The notes beneath the pieces were generated by a model. The model was not told the DNA's origin. It searched no databases and saw only the letters and a program-made list of their open reading frames with translations. This document shows positions 38,801 to 53,581 of a DNA stretch of 64,000 nucleotides, piece by piece. The stretch is taken from positions 10,152,849 through 10,216,848 of the forward strand of contig NW_003526943.1 of the NCBI RefSeq assembly GCF_000181795.1. Direction: 5' to 3'. Origin of the DNA: Trichinella spiralis (lineage: Eukaryota). Position 1 is the stretch's first letter, and each line of letters begins with the position of its first letter. Both the position numbers and the translations under genes were made by a program.

Positions 38801-41800
38801 TTGTTCGCTTATTTATAAATAATATTTCATTTTTTAAAATTTCATTCATTTTTCATTCAATAAAGAGGAAATATTCATTTTTTTTCAGAAAATTATGAAT
38901 CTAAACAATGGACTTCCGCGCTGTTGTGTAGTAAATAAAATATTTTCAAACAGTATTGAAAAATGGACCATGTTTAACATTTATAATATGTTAATCCCAC
39001 TAAATTCGATTAAACTTTCTGCTAGAAAAACTTTCTGCAACTGCATATACTATTCGTCACGCACTAAATCAATTTTATCGTCACCAAAGCACTTCAGCAA
39101 TTAATATTACAAGTGGCAGTATTTTTGATTTTTAATAAATGAAAAATGATCTAAACACACGAAATTCCTTCTTTCTCACTCTCTTACACACACACACACA
39201 CACACATATGAATCACATTAAAATTTTTACAAACATTTTTCACCTATAGAATTCGAAAACTTGCCAAGAATAAGTACAGAACTGAAAATACCAATGCCTT
39301 ACCTTGTAAATAATGAACAAATAAGTCAGTATTGAATTCATTCATATGCACGCAACAACAGTTCATCAGTCAGATATAAAAAAAACCTAATCATAATTTA
39401 TAAATAAATATAAAATGATAATTGAAAAGTGATGAGATAATTTTGCAAAAGTAAAAATTAGCAGTGCAAAATCAAAGCTGAAAGGGAAAATGTAGAAAAA
39501 GTAATCAATCAATAATTTAATCAAATATATACGTTGAAATCAAATCGATAATACACTGCGGATCGATAATAATGGAATAATGGATATGTGAGAGTGGAAA
39601 TTTCAAGCAAGTTAAATTATGCATATGTTGATCGAATTAAGAGAAGACCATTGTGGCGCCAAAGCGTGCCCTTCTGAACGAATTTTTACTCGGACTGGAT
39701 TTTTTTACAACCAACTGATAAAGCTGTTTTGCAAGCAGAAATGCAGTTTCAGATCGTAAAGGTTAGCGTTGATTTATGCCGAATAACACGAAACAGCAAT
39801 ACCGTAGAAAGTAGGTCTTTTTGTTGTGGGTTTTGATTGTTCGTTCCAACAATTCCAACATACCAATTCTGCACCACACATCAATCCATCATCCGCGAAC
39901 GTGAAAATGGAATTTCAAAAAATATTTTAATAATAATCTGATCTATGCTAATGTGGTTGGATCGGCAATTTGGTGATCAAATATGGGAAGAAAACACAGA
40001 AGCAAAAATATCTATCTGCAGAAACATCTGGATCATACCAGCTCGTTGACCATCTGCCCCCCTACAACGCTTTGTTCACAGGAATTGAACCAAAATTTTC
40101 GTAACAAAAAAAACCCCCTCTCCTACGTGGAAAAGAAACTCACCCAAGCGACATCAGTACAATACACAATTGCGATACTAACAGCAGACGCTTTTCTGCC
40201 AAGGTCAGGAATAATAATTGCAACAACAACAACATTGATGCTTGGATTGAAAATGCAATTCGGTAATTATGAAAAGTAAAGAAAAAATGAAATAATAAAT
40301 AAAATTACCATATTTGAAAAGCAGCTCTATAGATGTCGCATTTGCAAAGCTATAGGAAAAGAGAAGCAATCAACCTTGCACGCACACACACACAGATACA
40401 TACGGAAGACGGACGGACGGTCAGAGTTGTGTCGCTTCAACTAGGTCAAGCAAGCTTGTAAAATCCCAACATTTAAAGCATGTACTCATGTTTACTTTCC
40501 GGCTAGAAGCTGGCAAAAAAGCATGAGAAACGTGTAGGGGGAGGAGAACGCGCGAAACTGGTGACCTTTACACAACGCTAACATTAACAAGCAACAACGA
40601 CAACAATACAAAGGAATGTTCAGCGTGCAAGCGTGGACATTCACATATATACACACACACGGGCGCTGGTGGAGCAACATTCCGGCTAGCTTAGCAGTAT
40701 TATATTATGCAAAGCTTGTTGTGGAGAAAAAGCAAAGATACAGAGAATTACCCTGTGAACTGTAGAAACCAGTTGCCAACTACAAACAATTTTTACAAGC
40801 AACCCACATCTGCATAATAAAAATAATATCTCGCACAGTTTTCTCGTTCAATTTACACATGTACAATTTTCATGATCATTGTTCAGATTTGCATTTGTTG
40901 TAAATAGAAAACAACAACCCTCCTCTGAAATAAATCAATTTATCTCAACGATCAAATAAATCACTTCGCTGAATCATCACACACATCACAATTCCAATAC
41001 ATGCGAACTTTATTTTATTTGTTAACAATTACCTTTCCACCAAATCGATTTATTAATTTTACAGATTAAACTTTAATTTCTTTGGGAAAAAGTTTTCTTC
41101 GAAAAATAAATTGTTTTACAAGCAATATTTACCCAAGATATCTTCACTTTGAAAATTTGTTACAAAAAATAATTCTTTCTCAATTTTGGAAAAAGTACAA
41201 GCAGAAATGATCTATCATTTGAAACATTTCAAAATCAATTACAATTCCCAGGGTATACACGACAATAATATTATTAATTTATTGATTTGGAAAGAATTTT
41301 TTTTTCAAAATTTATATTTCTTCACTGAAAAAAAAGAATATTTAAAAAATAAAAGCATGAAAGTAATTTAAAAATAAAAAAGAAAATTTTTTCTTCAATT
41401 TCATAACAGAAATTGTCCGAAGTGAAAATAAAATTTGAAAATTTGAAAAGTTGAAGGCCACGTCCAAAATTCAATGAAAGAAAAAGCCATTCTGAAAGCT
41501 GCTCCAAAAATACAATAATACAGTATAAACAACAACAAAAGGCTAACGCGAATTGAACAATTTCACCACCAAATGATAATCACAAATTGCATATATTCAC
41601 CTTGACAAATTTTCTGTACATCTTCAAGCAGGCAAAATGCAATTTTCACAAACAAACAAACAACTCTAAGCAAACAACAATTTCCACTGAGTTTCATGTT
41701 AAACTTTCGACTACAATCTTCATTCAAAAAAGAAAATACAATAATTTTCAAATGACAAGTAATAAATAATTAATGATGATTATCATTTTATACAAAATTT

Positions 41801-44800
41801 AAATAAAATATGCAAATATAAGCATACGTTGTTAGCAATTGTTTGATTCATCAAAGCGAGGTGAACGTGTATAGAGCAAGTGACAATTTTGCCAAGCATG
41901 GCTAAGTCAGTCGAATGAAAGAAAGAAAGAATGAATGAATAAATGAAATACATTTTTACAAGTGAAACAGTTGCAAATCACAAAATTGCTGACAACAAAA
42001 ATGACCATTGACGCAAATGGTTGTCAAAATTTGGAGGATAATAATTTTCCAATATTTTTTTTTCAAAACGATAATTGCAAAATGATGCGCATAACTTTTG
42101 TTTCAATTGTGGAATCAATAAACCGCAAAAGGGCAACTAACGCATGAATGAATAAATGAATGAATGAACACAACGCATAAGTGCAATTGGCAACCTTGGA
42201 AAAACGGAAAATTTGACGGCATTTAAATAATAAATTTTTTATTACAATCAAAATGTCAAATCAAATTCTGAAATGGAAATAGTAAATTACTGTCGAAGAG
42301 AACATTATGCAACGCGATGCAAAGTAAATTAATTTTAATATCACTTCCATTAAAGATAAATAGGAAATTCATTTCAATCACGTCGGTCGGTTGGAAAGAA
42401 GAAAAAAACGCAACGCAAACAATTATTGAAGTCAAAAAAATGATTGCTTGTTGATCAATAATTAATAATAATTGAACTGCAAAAGCAAAAACAACCTTCT
42501 AACAACAACCTCTGCTCACATTGTGCAATATTATATATCATGGGTTAGCTTTATGTAAATTAAATACACAATACATACTTGGAGAAATAAATTGGAAAAT
42601 AAAATTATGACAAATCTTTTGAATAAATAAATGAACAAAGATTGAACAGAGAAGAAAAAAAAATATATATACTCAAATTAAAATAAAAACATTTAGTTAA
42701 ATTGCAAAAATTAATAAATTAATTGTTGTTCCATTCTTTTCCAATTTTGTCTTTCAAATAAGCATTAACACTTTATTATTATTATCATTCTTATTCATTT
42801 ATAAAAAGATAAAATTTCTGATTAATTCGTAAACAATTAGGAAAAAAAAGATTTAATCATTCCTCTTTCGCTGGAGTAAATTTTACTTAACACTATACTT
42901 ATGTGTGAACATAATTCCACACGTGGGAAAATATTATAATTTTTTTTCCCACAATTTATACAAAATAAGAAACTGTCGACAGCCTAATTTCTCGTTTCAC
43001 AAAATCATACATACTCAGAACAATTTTCATTCAACTCTGCTGCTCATTCTTCTTCCAACTGTAATTCTTTATTCACTAAATTAGTCCACTTATTCACTCT
43101 GGAATAATAGTAACTGTGAGTAGATGAAAAAATTCTAATAATCGACTGTTTATCTTGCTTGCCTTTCTGTTGGGCAGATAGATAGATTATTCACAGATGA
43201 ACCATTTCTATTAAATTCATAAATTCCGTTCATAAATACCAGATATCTGTTTACGAACGCGTTGACAAAAACAAACTTCATTAATCATAAGACGTACAGC
43301 ATCCACCCCTCCCCTTCCTCCTCGCTCCCTTTCCATTTCATAAAATTTTACATGTTCTGCATCAATTACAAATGCTAATTAAAAACAGATCGCGTAAAGC
43401 ACGCTTTACCACGAATGTGAATTTCTCGTGATTCAACAATCGATACTCGAAATTAAGCATGCTTAAAACTCTGCTGTTTCCCCTCGTGTCACATTTCCCT
43501 ACCGCCTGAAGTTCACTGTGACCAAGTTTCAAGCTGATGACCCAAAATTAAGTAAATTTTATTATCATCATTTAACTTCACGAAACGAATAAATGCGTTT
43601 TTGATATTATCATCATCTCCACTCCATCATCACAACATTTCAATTAAGGTTAATCGGTATAAATTTCATTAATAACAAAACAGAAAAATATTATTTTAAC
43701 TTTAAAACAAAACAAAACACAAATACTCCTCCAAAATGTCACAGAACAAAGAAAAAAAAACCGTGCCATGCATAATAACATTTGAGTTTGGTTATCAAAT
43801 AAAAATTCGTCAGAAAGTTAGCTAATTAGATAGACAGATATTAACAAAACTTATGTGTAGATATCTTGAAACAAAAAAAAACGAAATCAAAAAAATAATA
43901 ATAAGAATCTATTTAAAATATTAAATGTTGAACGCAAAATGCACACACAACATGATTATCTGTCCATTGCACGCATGTGTTGTTTTCTTTTCTTTTGTAT
44001 TAAAATATTCAAATCAATATATGCAAAAGAAGCTATCAGCAGATATTGTTTGTTAATACCCACCGTTTACCATGGAAACCATCATTTCAAATAAAGGAGA
44101 AAAAAAAATTCAAAATCGATCAAAACTATTCAAAGAACTGAATACCTCTGCAATTGTAGAGGAAATGAACGCGCTATTAGATTTTTCCAGATATTAGAAT
44201 TATTAGCATGAAAATTAAAATAATGAACCAAAAATAAGCAAGCAACTGCCAAACTTACCAAAGCTGCATTTCGTTTCGATTTCGACGTTGGTCGAACCAT
44301 AGGAACCACAATACGAGAATCTTCTTCAACTGGCGTGAATTCCAACGAACTGGACCGTCTGCTTGCAGACGAATGGGCAAAACGGTACCGTTGCAATTTT
44401 GCCGACTCGCCTATGTAGCCAATGGAATGGGCAGTCGACAAAACAACAACAGGATTAGCTACAGTGGATGCTGCTGGTGAAGATATGCTAATTTCTGAAC
44501 ACTTTGCCTGTCTGTGACGAACGTTATGAGTTGGTGGTGGTGGTGGACGTTTGCATTTTCCGTGAGCTTTAGTGTCAAACGGTCCAGCCGGCAACGCATC
44601 ATCCGTTGAACTCTGACCACCGGCAACTATGCAAGCATCTTCGGCACTTGCGAGACTATTCGCTGAACAAAACACAATAAATAAACAAATAAACAACAAC
44701 AGTCAACAATTGATTAAACAAAACAATACACAAACAAACGAAAATATCAAAAGAAAAATAATTAGTTGGGTCAATTCAATGCGCATCAAAGTTGCCATAA

Positions 44801-44953
44801 AATTAATCTCAGGTCAGACGAAAGCATTTGCACGACCCACTGCTAGATAATAAACACGGTCATTCAACGGTCATGCTTGGGAGTGACAGCCGGAAAGGGC
44901 CAACCAAAAGCCTATGTACCTTTTTTGGGTCATGGTGGTGATAAAATTTAGCA

Positions 44954-44996
<43 letters not shown>

Positions 44997-47900
44997 TTTA
45001 CTGGACAATGGTCATTTTAACAGATAATTTTCCATTCATGATACATTTCCGACAAATATAAATAAAAATCTTTTTTCACACTGAATAATAACTTTAGAAT
45101 TTTCATTCACAAAACCTATTCACCTTCGAACTAATTAATCTTTACAACTAATTAATTTCCACTCTATAAATATTTATACGCGTTAACTTACAAAACCTTG
45201 TTTGATTATAAAAAATTTTTTCATGAAAGTAATAAATTCACATAAAATGACTAGTTAGGAAAAGTTTTCATTTCACAAAAATTCACCAACAGCCATTCAT
45301 GTTAAAACTTGCTTTTCACTTAATTAAATACTGTCATTGATTTGCAAAATTTAAAATTATAATAAATGCCAAGTAGAAACAGTCAAAAATAAATCACACA
45401 TAGCCCATAATCATTCTAAAATTCATTTTCAAGTGAAAATATTACATAAAAGAACAAATAATTAACATATCATCACAACATGCTATTGAAATTGACAATC
45501 ATGCATTTCAAAAAAAAACGCATGCTAAATTAAAGAAAAATTTTAATGACATTTATCATATATTTTATTCATAAATATTATTTTTAAAACACTTAATATG
45601 TGCCTTTTTTTAATGACATTCAAACAATGACATCTTTTCTTTCAACCTTGCTTTCGAAAAATAAAATTCTAATTGCCCTCAAAGTGCAAACAGAAAAGAA
45701 TAAGAAGAGACATTTCAAATAATAATTTTTACATTGCAAGCATGAATGAATGTCCATTCGTCAATAACAATAACAATAAAGAATAACAGATATAATGATA
45801 ATATTAAAATACCTGATTGTTTTGAATTGCTACGTAACATTTCAAAAAATTCTTCAGCCAATTTATAATGCATTTAAAATTGTGAATGAAAAGAACTTTC
45901 CAAATGAACTATTTTCAGATGACATGCAAATATATACCATATGCGCATAATTATGCGGAATATATACATATGTATAAATAAATATACAGATGAATTTCAA
46001 AGAAAAAAAAGTACGCATGCTGGTAGAGTTGAGAAAGTGGAAATTAATTTGATGAAAAACAGTGAAGCAATCTTCAGACATACTTCAACACTTTAGAATT
46101 GTCTAGCTGGTGTGAAGAGGAGAAAAAAAAAAGACATTCCGGTCAAGTACGTCAACCGAATCCCAGATCTTTCAACCAGTTCCTCAGTGTACAACTTTAT
46201 TCATAAATATTACATTATTATTATTATTATTATTATTATGGATGGGTGGATGCATACAACATTGCAAAACGGTTAAGCTGAGAATCATATTCAAAGATAG
46301 CATCATCATCATCACTGGATACTGCCGGACAAATGCCAAGATATGCCAAGAGACAGATACATCACCAGTGTGAAGTGAATGAAATGAAATTCCAAATGCA
46401 GACACAACAACAACAACAACAGCAATCCTGGTCCAAATTTTTCAAGGCCAGTTGGGAAGAAACTTGAAGAAAAAGAATAAAATTGATTGTGAACAACACA
46501 ACATTTCCAACAAAAAGCCAATTGCAAAATAGTTTCAACATGAATATCCCAACAAAACCCTTCCCCCTTTAACAATAAAAGCAAACCAACAGTCCAAAAA
46601 TATGCCAACAAAAATTCAAATATAAAATTGGCTAATCATTTAATCACATTATGCAAAATATGTGTGAATGTGTTGTGGAAAAAATTTTCAAACTTGCCAA
46701 AAAAACACGACAAATCTTTCACCTTTCACTACCAATCTGCATCAACAACGTATAAATTAATAAATGATTGAATATGTTTTGAAATTTGCATATTGCAATC
46801 AGTTTTAGCAATGATTAAGAGAAGAACTAGGCATTGGAAAAGCAAAAGAAGAAGAAGAAGAAGAAGAAACAAAATAGTCCCCATTCATATCTCTCATTCA
46901 CAATTTCCAGTATGCTAATTTGTTGTTGTTGTTGTTGTTTTCATTCAATAAAATGCTAATTTAATTGTTCATTAACAAAAAATTACCATTAATTCCATTT
47001 GTTACACTCTTGCAACTAGTTGCCGAAGATAGAAAAAACATAAATCATTCAAAAACTCTGATGAAATTACAAATAATTCCCACATTTCACGATGGCATCA
47101 TCAGAACTAAACTAATTAGCATAAAAGCAAAAAGAGAAACATTTACAGATCAAACTTTAATTTTCACTAATCGAATCGTTAAAAATTGAATATTTGTCAG
47201 CTCAATGATGAATGAATGGCCCAATGCGTCATCAGGAAAGTTTGCTGAATATGTTGTGTTGGTTAATTTTGCAAATTGGCTCGCCAACAATCCAACGCAA
47301 TTTTCTTGGAAAATTAGCAAAATCACGGGAACGGGACAAACATATGGGACATATTCCATTGTTGACCAACTGTCGTTAATCCATCCCATCTCATCAAAGT
47401 GGACAACAAATTCTTTATCCGAATCGGCAAATAAAGTCAAAGTCCGGCAAATGTATACATATACATACATGCTCAGACGACTCTCTGACTGATGCTAATT
47501 TTCAACCCTGACACCATCACCGCCGACCGACTACTTTCAATAATACTAATAGCAAATTATAATTTTAATTAATAAAAAAAAACGAATTATTTCAACACAT
47601 GTCGAACAGAACATCTGAATGAATGAACTGTGTGTGGTACAACTTTAAAAAATTAATATTAGAATTAAAAAAAATTGCAAATTATCGAAATTTATTATTA
47701 TCACAATAAATTATTCCACATAATAAATCAACAACTTTTATATTTAAAATAAAATTACAACAGTTGAAAATTAACATGTTTCACTGTTGTTGTTTTTGCT
47801 GTCGTTTTGAGACAAGTTTAAGAGAATGTTCATGCCACACCCAAAAAAGCTAAGATAGCCAAAAACTAACCTGTCCTGATTGATAATAATAATAAGAAGA

Positions 47901-50864
47901 AGATGGGAAAATTGTTCAATAAATAAATTATAATAACATCATATGCAGAAAGAGAGAGAGAGAAAAAGGAACAAAATGAAAAGTGAGAAGTGAAGTAGTG
48001 AATTCAGTTTTTCAAATTTATGTCATATTTGGATGTTTAGCAGAAAAAAGAGCACATTGCATTCAATGGAGCAAGTAAAGAACTGTTGCGGTGGAATACA
48101 ATCCAGTTTAGCTTGTTTCCTAATCACCTCAATCAAAATGCACCACTGCCTCAGGGAAAATGATTATTATTATGCTGTTGCTGCTGCTGCTGATGTTGGT
48201 AATGATGATGATGATGATGATGTGCTTGTAAAGGCATCGATAACAATAAATAATATACTGTACTTCCTGGATACTTATTCTTTTTTTTTCATTTCTTACA
48301 CTTCTTCCAATATAAATTCCCTTCCGAAGAATATTTTTTAAAGAAATAAAAAAAAACAGGAAATAATCATTTTTCATACGGAAGTGAAAAACTTATTATC
48401 AAAAAGAAGTATCTGAAAATTTTACAGTCTAATTAACAAAACGTAGAGTAAGAAAACTTTTTGAAACCATACATACACTTATATCTTATTTTTGATTTTT
48501 TGCATTCTAAACAATAATGTCAAACATGAAAATTCATAATGATACCTTCACAAGTCGTTCACAATTATTAACTTTTGAAAAAAAAAGTGCAATTTTCACA
48601 AATTCATATTATTACCAGTAGTAACAATATTATCAAATATATAATCATTTTCTTCCAGTTTTACTACCAAAAATTAATACAAATCAAAAAATAAAGCATA
48701 ATTTAAAAAGTTAATAAAGACAAACAAAAAATTCAACTGCAATAACAAGCAAACTTTCCACAATTCAAAATAACATAATTAATTAATTGTTCTACTAGTG
48801 ATCCGTGAACAACAACTATCTCTCTCTACTTTCTTACGTAAAGAATTGAAAATTCATGCTTTAAAATAATTATTAAAATATAAAAATACACAAATCTTAT
48901 CATCTTCAATCATCAAACAAAAGTGATACAAATACTGACGTTTGGCCACGTTTATTTGCATGCGTGATGAAAAAATGATAAACTTTCTCATGCAGCAAAT
49001 GCTATGAAAAAATACATTCCATTCCCATTATTATTCATTGCACACAATTGTAATTAATATTTGAATTATAAACACAACAACATTTTCAGCATGACAGAAC
49101 AAAATATTATTAATATAAAATATGAAAACAATCGCGCGAAATGAAATTAATAAAAAATTAATTCCCCTGTAAAATAATAATTCCCCAAAACTGCGTATTT
49201 ATGCATTTGATGACGTGCAAATACATAAATAAATAACACAAACAATAGAAACATTGCCTACGAGCTCGACAAACGACAAATGTGCAAACTGAGTGTAGAT
49301 GCAAAATGCAACAGTAAAATGTGAACTTAAATAAAGCGTATTATTAAAGCAAAACGGTGCAACATGCGCACAAGTAATAGAATAAATTTTTTTTACTATC
49401 AATTTAATAGAAATCAAAAATTTTTTAAATCAACCCTTGCATAGTGATAATTAGTGTAAAAATGGAACAGTTTCCCGTGAAATTATTCAAATTAAAATTA
49501 AAACATCCCACTGCAAACATTGAGCATCATCATCATCATCAACAGCAAATGAAAAACAAAGCAAACTGCCAATGAAGAACAACAATCTTCAATGTTACGT
49601 CATCAGGCGTATTACGGCTGTGATGATCGGTATATTAAAAGGAAATGGATATGTTTAAACAAAATCAGATAAATATTGAAAATTAAAAAAAGTTGCTCAA
49701 CTTAAATTTCATAAGTAATTCACACAAAGAAGAAACTGTGATTTTTCACAACTGCTGAACAAGAACAGTATAAACATATTTTTATAAATGAAACAAAAAA
49801 ATTCTAATAAATAAATAAAATTAATTACACATGCAACAATTATATAAATTTATCAAGTTATTATATTAACAGAATATTTTTTTGAATTCAATATTATTAT
49901 TATTATTATAGAATTTCACTGAATAAAAAGATATATATGTATATTTGAATTTGTTTTACCTAAATCAGCTCGAACACCATGAAGAGCAGCACAGGCAATT
50001 TCAAATTGTAGGCGAATATCACTTGTTTGATGAGCAGGGCAGGCAGGAATATTTCCTTTCGACTCTCGAGTATCGGTTTGCTGTACAAATTGGTAACAGT
50101 TGGGCATGGACTGGGCCTCTTCGAGCAGACGTTCACTGAGGCCACGCAACGGAGGTGAACCTTGGTCAACAACGTGGTGGTGGTCGTTGGCCCTACAACG
50201 AGCCACGGACAAACTGCTGCTGCTGCTGTTGCTGTTATTGTTGTGGTTGTTCGAAAAATGCAAAGAAGCGGCATGGGCGTTGGCCACTGTCCGACCATCC
50301 GCAACGATCTGCCGGGAACCAGTGCCGTCCACATTTGCAAGCAAACTTTGTTCGAGTTGCTTCTTCGCCTTCAAGGCGTTGCGCTTCCTAGGCGCCGGCA
50401 CTGGTGAAAAGCCGGCTGGTAGAACCGTAGTAGCCGTTGTAACCACTGGTGCAACCTTGGTAAATAATAATAATAATAATTTCTTCTATATTTGAAAAAT
50501 CACCACCAAAAATACAACATATACACACACACAGATCGTGTAATGTGATCCATTGAGAAAAAATTACATGACAAAAATACTAAAAAAAAACTGATGTCGC
50601 CTGACCTGTGGAAAAGGATGCCTGTGATCTGGCTATGCAAACAAATACAGCCAAAGCAAGCAGGTTCTGTTTGCTTTGTCATGCAACAATACAAACAAAG
50701 CTCGAAGTCGAATCAGAAACGCGAATTAAAGCCGTAACACATGTGATGAAGAAGGAAAAAAGCTTTTTTTTAAACTATACATATATACGTATGTATAAGT
50801 TGTTTTAAATTTAAACTTTTTTCATTCATTACACATCAACAGATTGAAAAATACTCACGGGCAT
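24095..50864 (-). CDS. DLC1/STARD13/crossveinless-c family RhoGAP-START protein (gei-1-like) with a long Ser/Thr/Pro-rich N-terminal region
   Basis: Exon chain: 50864-50859 (MP), 50455-49960, 44662-44259, 37855-36644, 33502-33326, 27787-27745, 27576-27396, 27112-27043, ~26534-26500, 26448-26207, 26095-25913, 25850-25725, 25655-25525, 25420-25229, ~25143-25008, 24937-24774, ~24710-24585, ~24478-24296, ~24212-24095. RhoGAP: VFGTALSVIVQRTGHPLP...VGIFRKSGVRSRIQKLK...LLLPDENREVLHTLL...MDAQNLAICLAPSLF. START: PLKLWRCWTEVEAPPKEVL...VRANCLAARYVIEPAGRGRSRLTYISRIDLRGR. C-terminus PGPETRL*. The 3' half (24095-26448) is secure. Joining the upstream exons rests on splice signals and phase only. Confidence 0.88.
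35831..35864. repeat. (TTA)n microsatellite, about 11 units, intronic
   Basis: Read directly. It is one of many ATT/AAC/GAT/AAG tracts in the window. Confidence 0.95.
39185..39206. repeat. (CA)n microsatellite, intronic
   Basis: Read directly from the sequence. Confidence 0.9.
44956..44993. repeat. (AT)n microsatellite, about 19 units, intronic
   Basis: Read directly. It is the longest perfect dinucleotide tract I noticed in the window. Confidence 0.95.
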
Positions 50865-53451
50865 GAGTAACGCAAAATACAACATTTACATTTCCGAACA
50901 GAATTCGTATATACACATATACATATCGAATGAGCGCACGGAATGAGCGGGATTGGAGGAGCGTCAATTCAGCTGAGCTTACCAATGTCACTGATCAAAA
51001 TGACCAATCCTCATCATCGTAGTGATCAATTTTGATAAGCAGGTTCAATTCATAAGTAACGGCGTTTATTCAAAAAAGAAAGAAATTATTTTTTAATGCA
51101 CATTTTGCAGTATGGTAAAAATTTGCAAAATTGAAGCAGTACGTGAAACAACATCATCGTCTGTGAAATGGAAAATGTATAAATTAAAAAATTAATAAAG
51201 TACAACAAAATGAAAAAGTATGAAACCATTGTCATATGCGATTTCTCATTTTTACAATCATACCTGTTGATATTTATTGCGATCAAATTCGGAAGGAAAG
51301 AATAAAATATACAAGGAAATGATATATGAATTGAACATTTGGAAAAGAAAAAAAAAACCTTCAAGCACACATTGAATTAAAAAAATGCTTCACTGACCAA
51401 ATCAACTTTAAAACGATCATGAAAATATTTTTTTAAAATAAACACTGACCAAAAAAAAATATCAACTCCAACAACATAACAATGAAAAATTGAAAAAAAA
51501 AGAAAACTTTTTCATCAGGTAAGTTATCATTCATATTTGATATAATAAATGTGAATATTGAAACATTCGATAAGAATAATTAAAGGGAAAGTTTAAAGAT
51601 TTAAAGGAATAAATGAAAAAAAGGAAAATTGAAAGAGAAAAGAAAATTATGAAAAAGATGAGTTGAAAATGTGTGAGAAAAAAAAATTAGTTGACGATGA
51701 TGATGATTTGAATGAAGAAGTAACGAAAGAGTGTTGTTGTAACTAGCCAGCAGCCAGTCAGTAGTTAGCTGAGCTTGCTGTTAGCTATATAGATAGGTTT
51801 GCTTGCTCTCTCTCTCTTCTGCATACAACTGACATCATCATCATCACCACCACCACCACCAGAAACATCTACACCAAGCAACATTATCATAAAACCAGCA
51901 GTCAGAAAGTGAAGCAATTTTCAAAATCGGCTTCAAAACTGGACAATTAATTGTCCAATTGGAACATATGGAACGCGTCTGTTGAACGAACCGAAGCGAA
52001 TAAAATTGAAAGCCCCTCGTCGCACAATTATTATTCATACTTTTATTACTCTCTTTTCTGCCTGTTGACGACGCAAGCAACAAGCTAAAAGCAGGTATCA
52101 CGAAAAAAATAACAAATACCTTCTTTATATTATCAATATATTTCTTATACTTGTATTATTAAATGTATAAATTATCAAAAACAGGCACTATATATACATA
52201 TATTGTTGCTCAGCTGGACAAACGTTTCACTTACATTATCGACCAAACGTTACTTTCCGTTTCAAAAGCTGTTAATCAATTCAGCCTATCCAAAGATTGC
52301 AAAGCTACTTTACTTGAATGAATGCAAAAGCAAAATTTCCCTTTACAGCTAATGAGACAAACATTCGCCGTAACGTTGAGAATTTGTAAATCAATCGAAT
52401 TTGAAAATTTCAATAAACATTCAAATCGCATTGCACAATTACCAAATTTATGACAATTGGAGTAAAATTCTGTTTAAAATTTAACCAAACAACAAAATAT
52501 GCATTTAATAATTTTAAACTTGAACAGTTTAATTGAAAATGAATTAAGATGTCAAATTATTCGATTCCAAATTATCAAGTTGAACAACAGTAACAACATT
52601 TTTTGCTCAAATATACAGAATACATACAGCTAGCTGATTTTGAATTTTGTTCAATTTTACTAAATCTACTCACCACCGTGTGGAAAAAGTAGTTTCATTT
52701 ACGTTGTAACAAGTGAAACATTTAAAAACCCTTCACTAACATATTCAAAAATATTATCATCATAACAAATTCTAGTTAAAGCAAAATGTTAACAATATAA
52801 ATAATTCAGTAATGAATCATCTGATGATCAATTAAAAATTTTCGATAAATAAATAAATAAATAAATGTAAAAAGAATTAACAAATTCTTCCTTTCACATG
52901 TTCATAAAAGAGGAATGAGAGAGTGAAAGAAAATTTCATTTCTACAATAAAATGATGAGGCGATTATATTGCCTGGATTTGTAAAAGAATTGCATTTTCA
53001 ATTATGGGAAGAATTTAGTTAGTCTTCTTCTCTTTTTTTGTTATCCATTAAACAAATGCTTGCTATCGGTGAAAGTTGCTAAAAGTTTTCAACTTGGTGA
53101 AAAGAAAAAAATTCTACTAGTAAAAGAACAACATCTTGAACAATAATTTTCACTTTAAAACGCCGTGAAGTGCGTGTGTGAAGCGAAAGAAAACTTTTCC
53201 TCTGATCAATGCATTTAAATTATGAGGAAAAATTTTACAAAAAATCATTCTTTAGAGCGGATAAATTAGTCAGTTATTCATAATTGAACTATAATAAATT
53301 TTTAATAAAATCTCGAAAATGAACATCTGTATGTTTTTGTTTTTTGGTGAACGTACCGATGCATGTCAGAAGATGGCGATTCCCTTATGTCCATTATTAA
53401 ATTTATCATTAATTTAAATAATACCTGCTTTTTTACAAATTTCCAACTTAC

Positions 53452-53581
53452 CGTTTCAAACATTCATCAGAAATTTTGTGGAAAACCAAACTGTAGAACT
53501 TTGTCCAATGTTCTTCTCCTTCTTCTTCAGTCTACCTGTTTCCCAGTCAACAATGAATGATCATTTACAATTTTACATTTC
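53452..53581 (-). other. Probable non-coding (5' UTR) exon of the RhoGAP-START gene
   Basis: Flanked by a strong acceptor (TTTTTCTTTCAG) and a consensus donor (G|GTAAGT). All three frames contain stops. Confidence 0.5.

Noticed and set aside
44064..44079. X-box-like GTTTACCATGGAAAC; a similar word GTTGTCATGGAAAA lies near 61455
   Set aside because: Both miss conserved terminal positions and are not positioned near an evident start.
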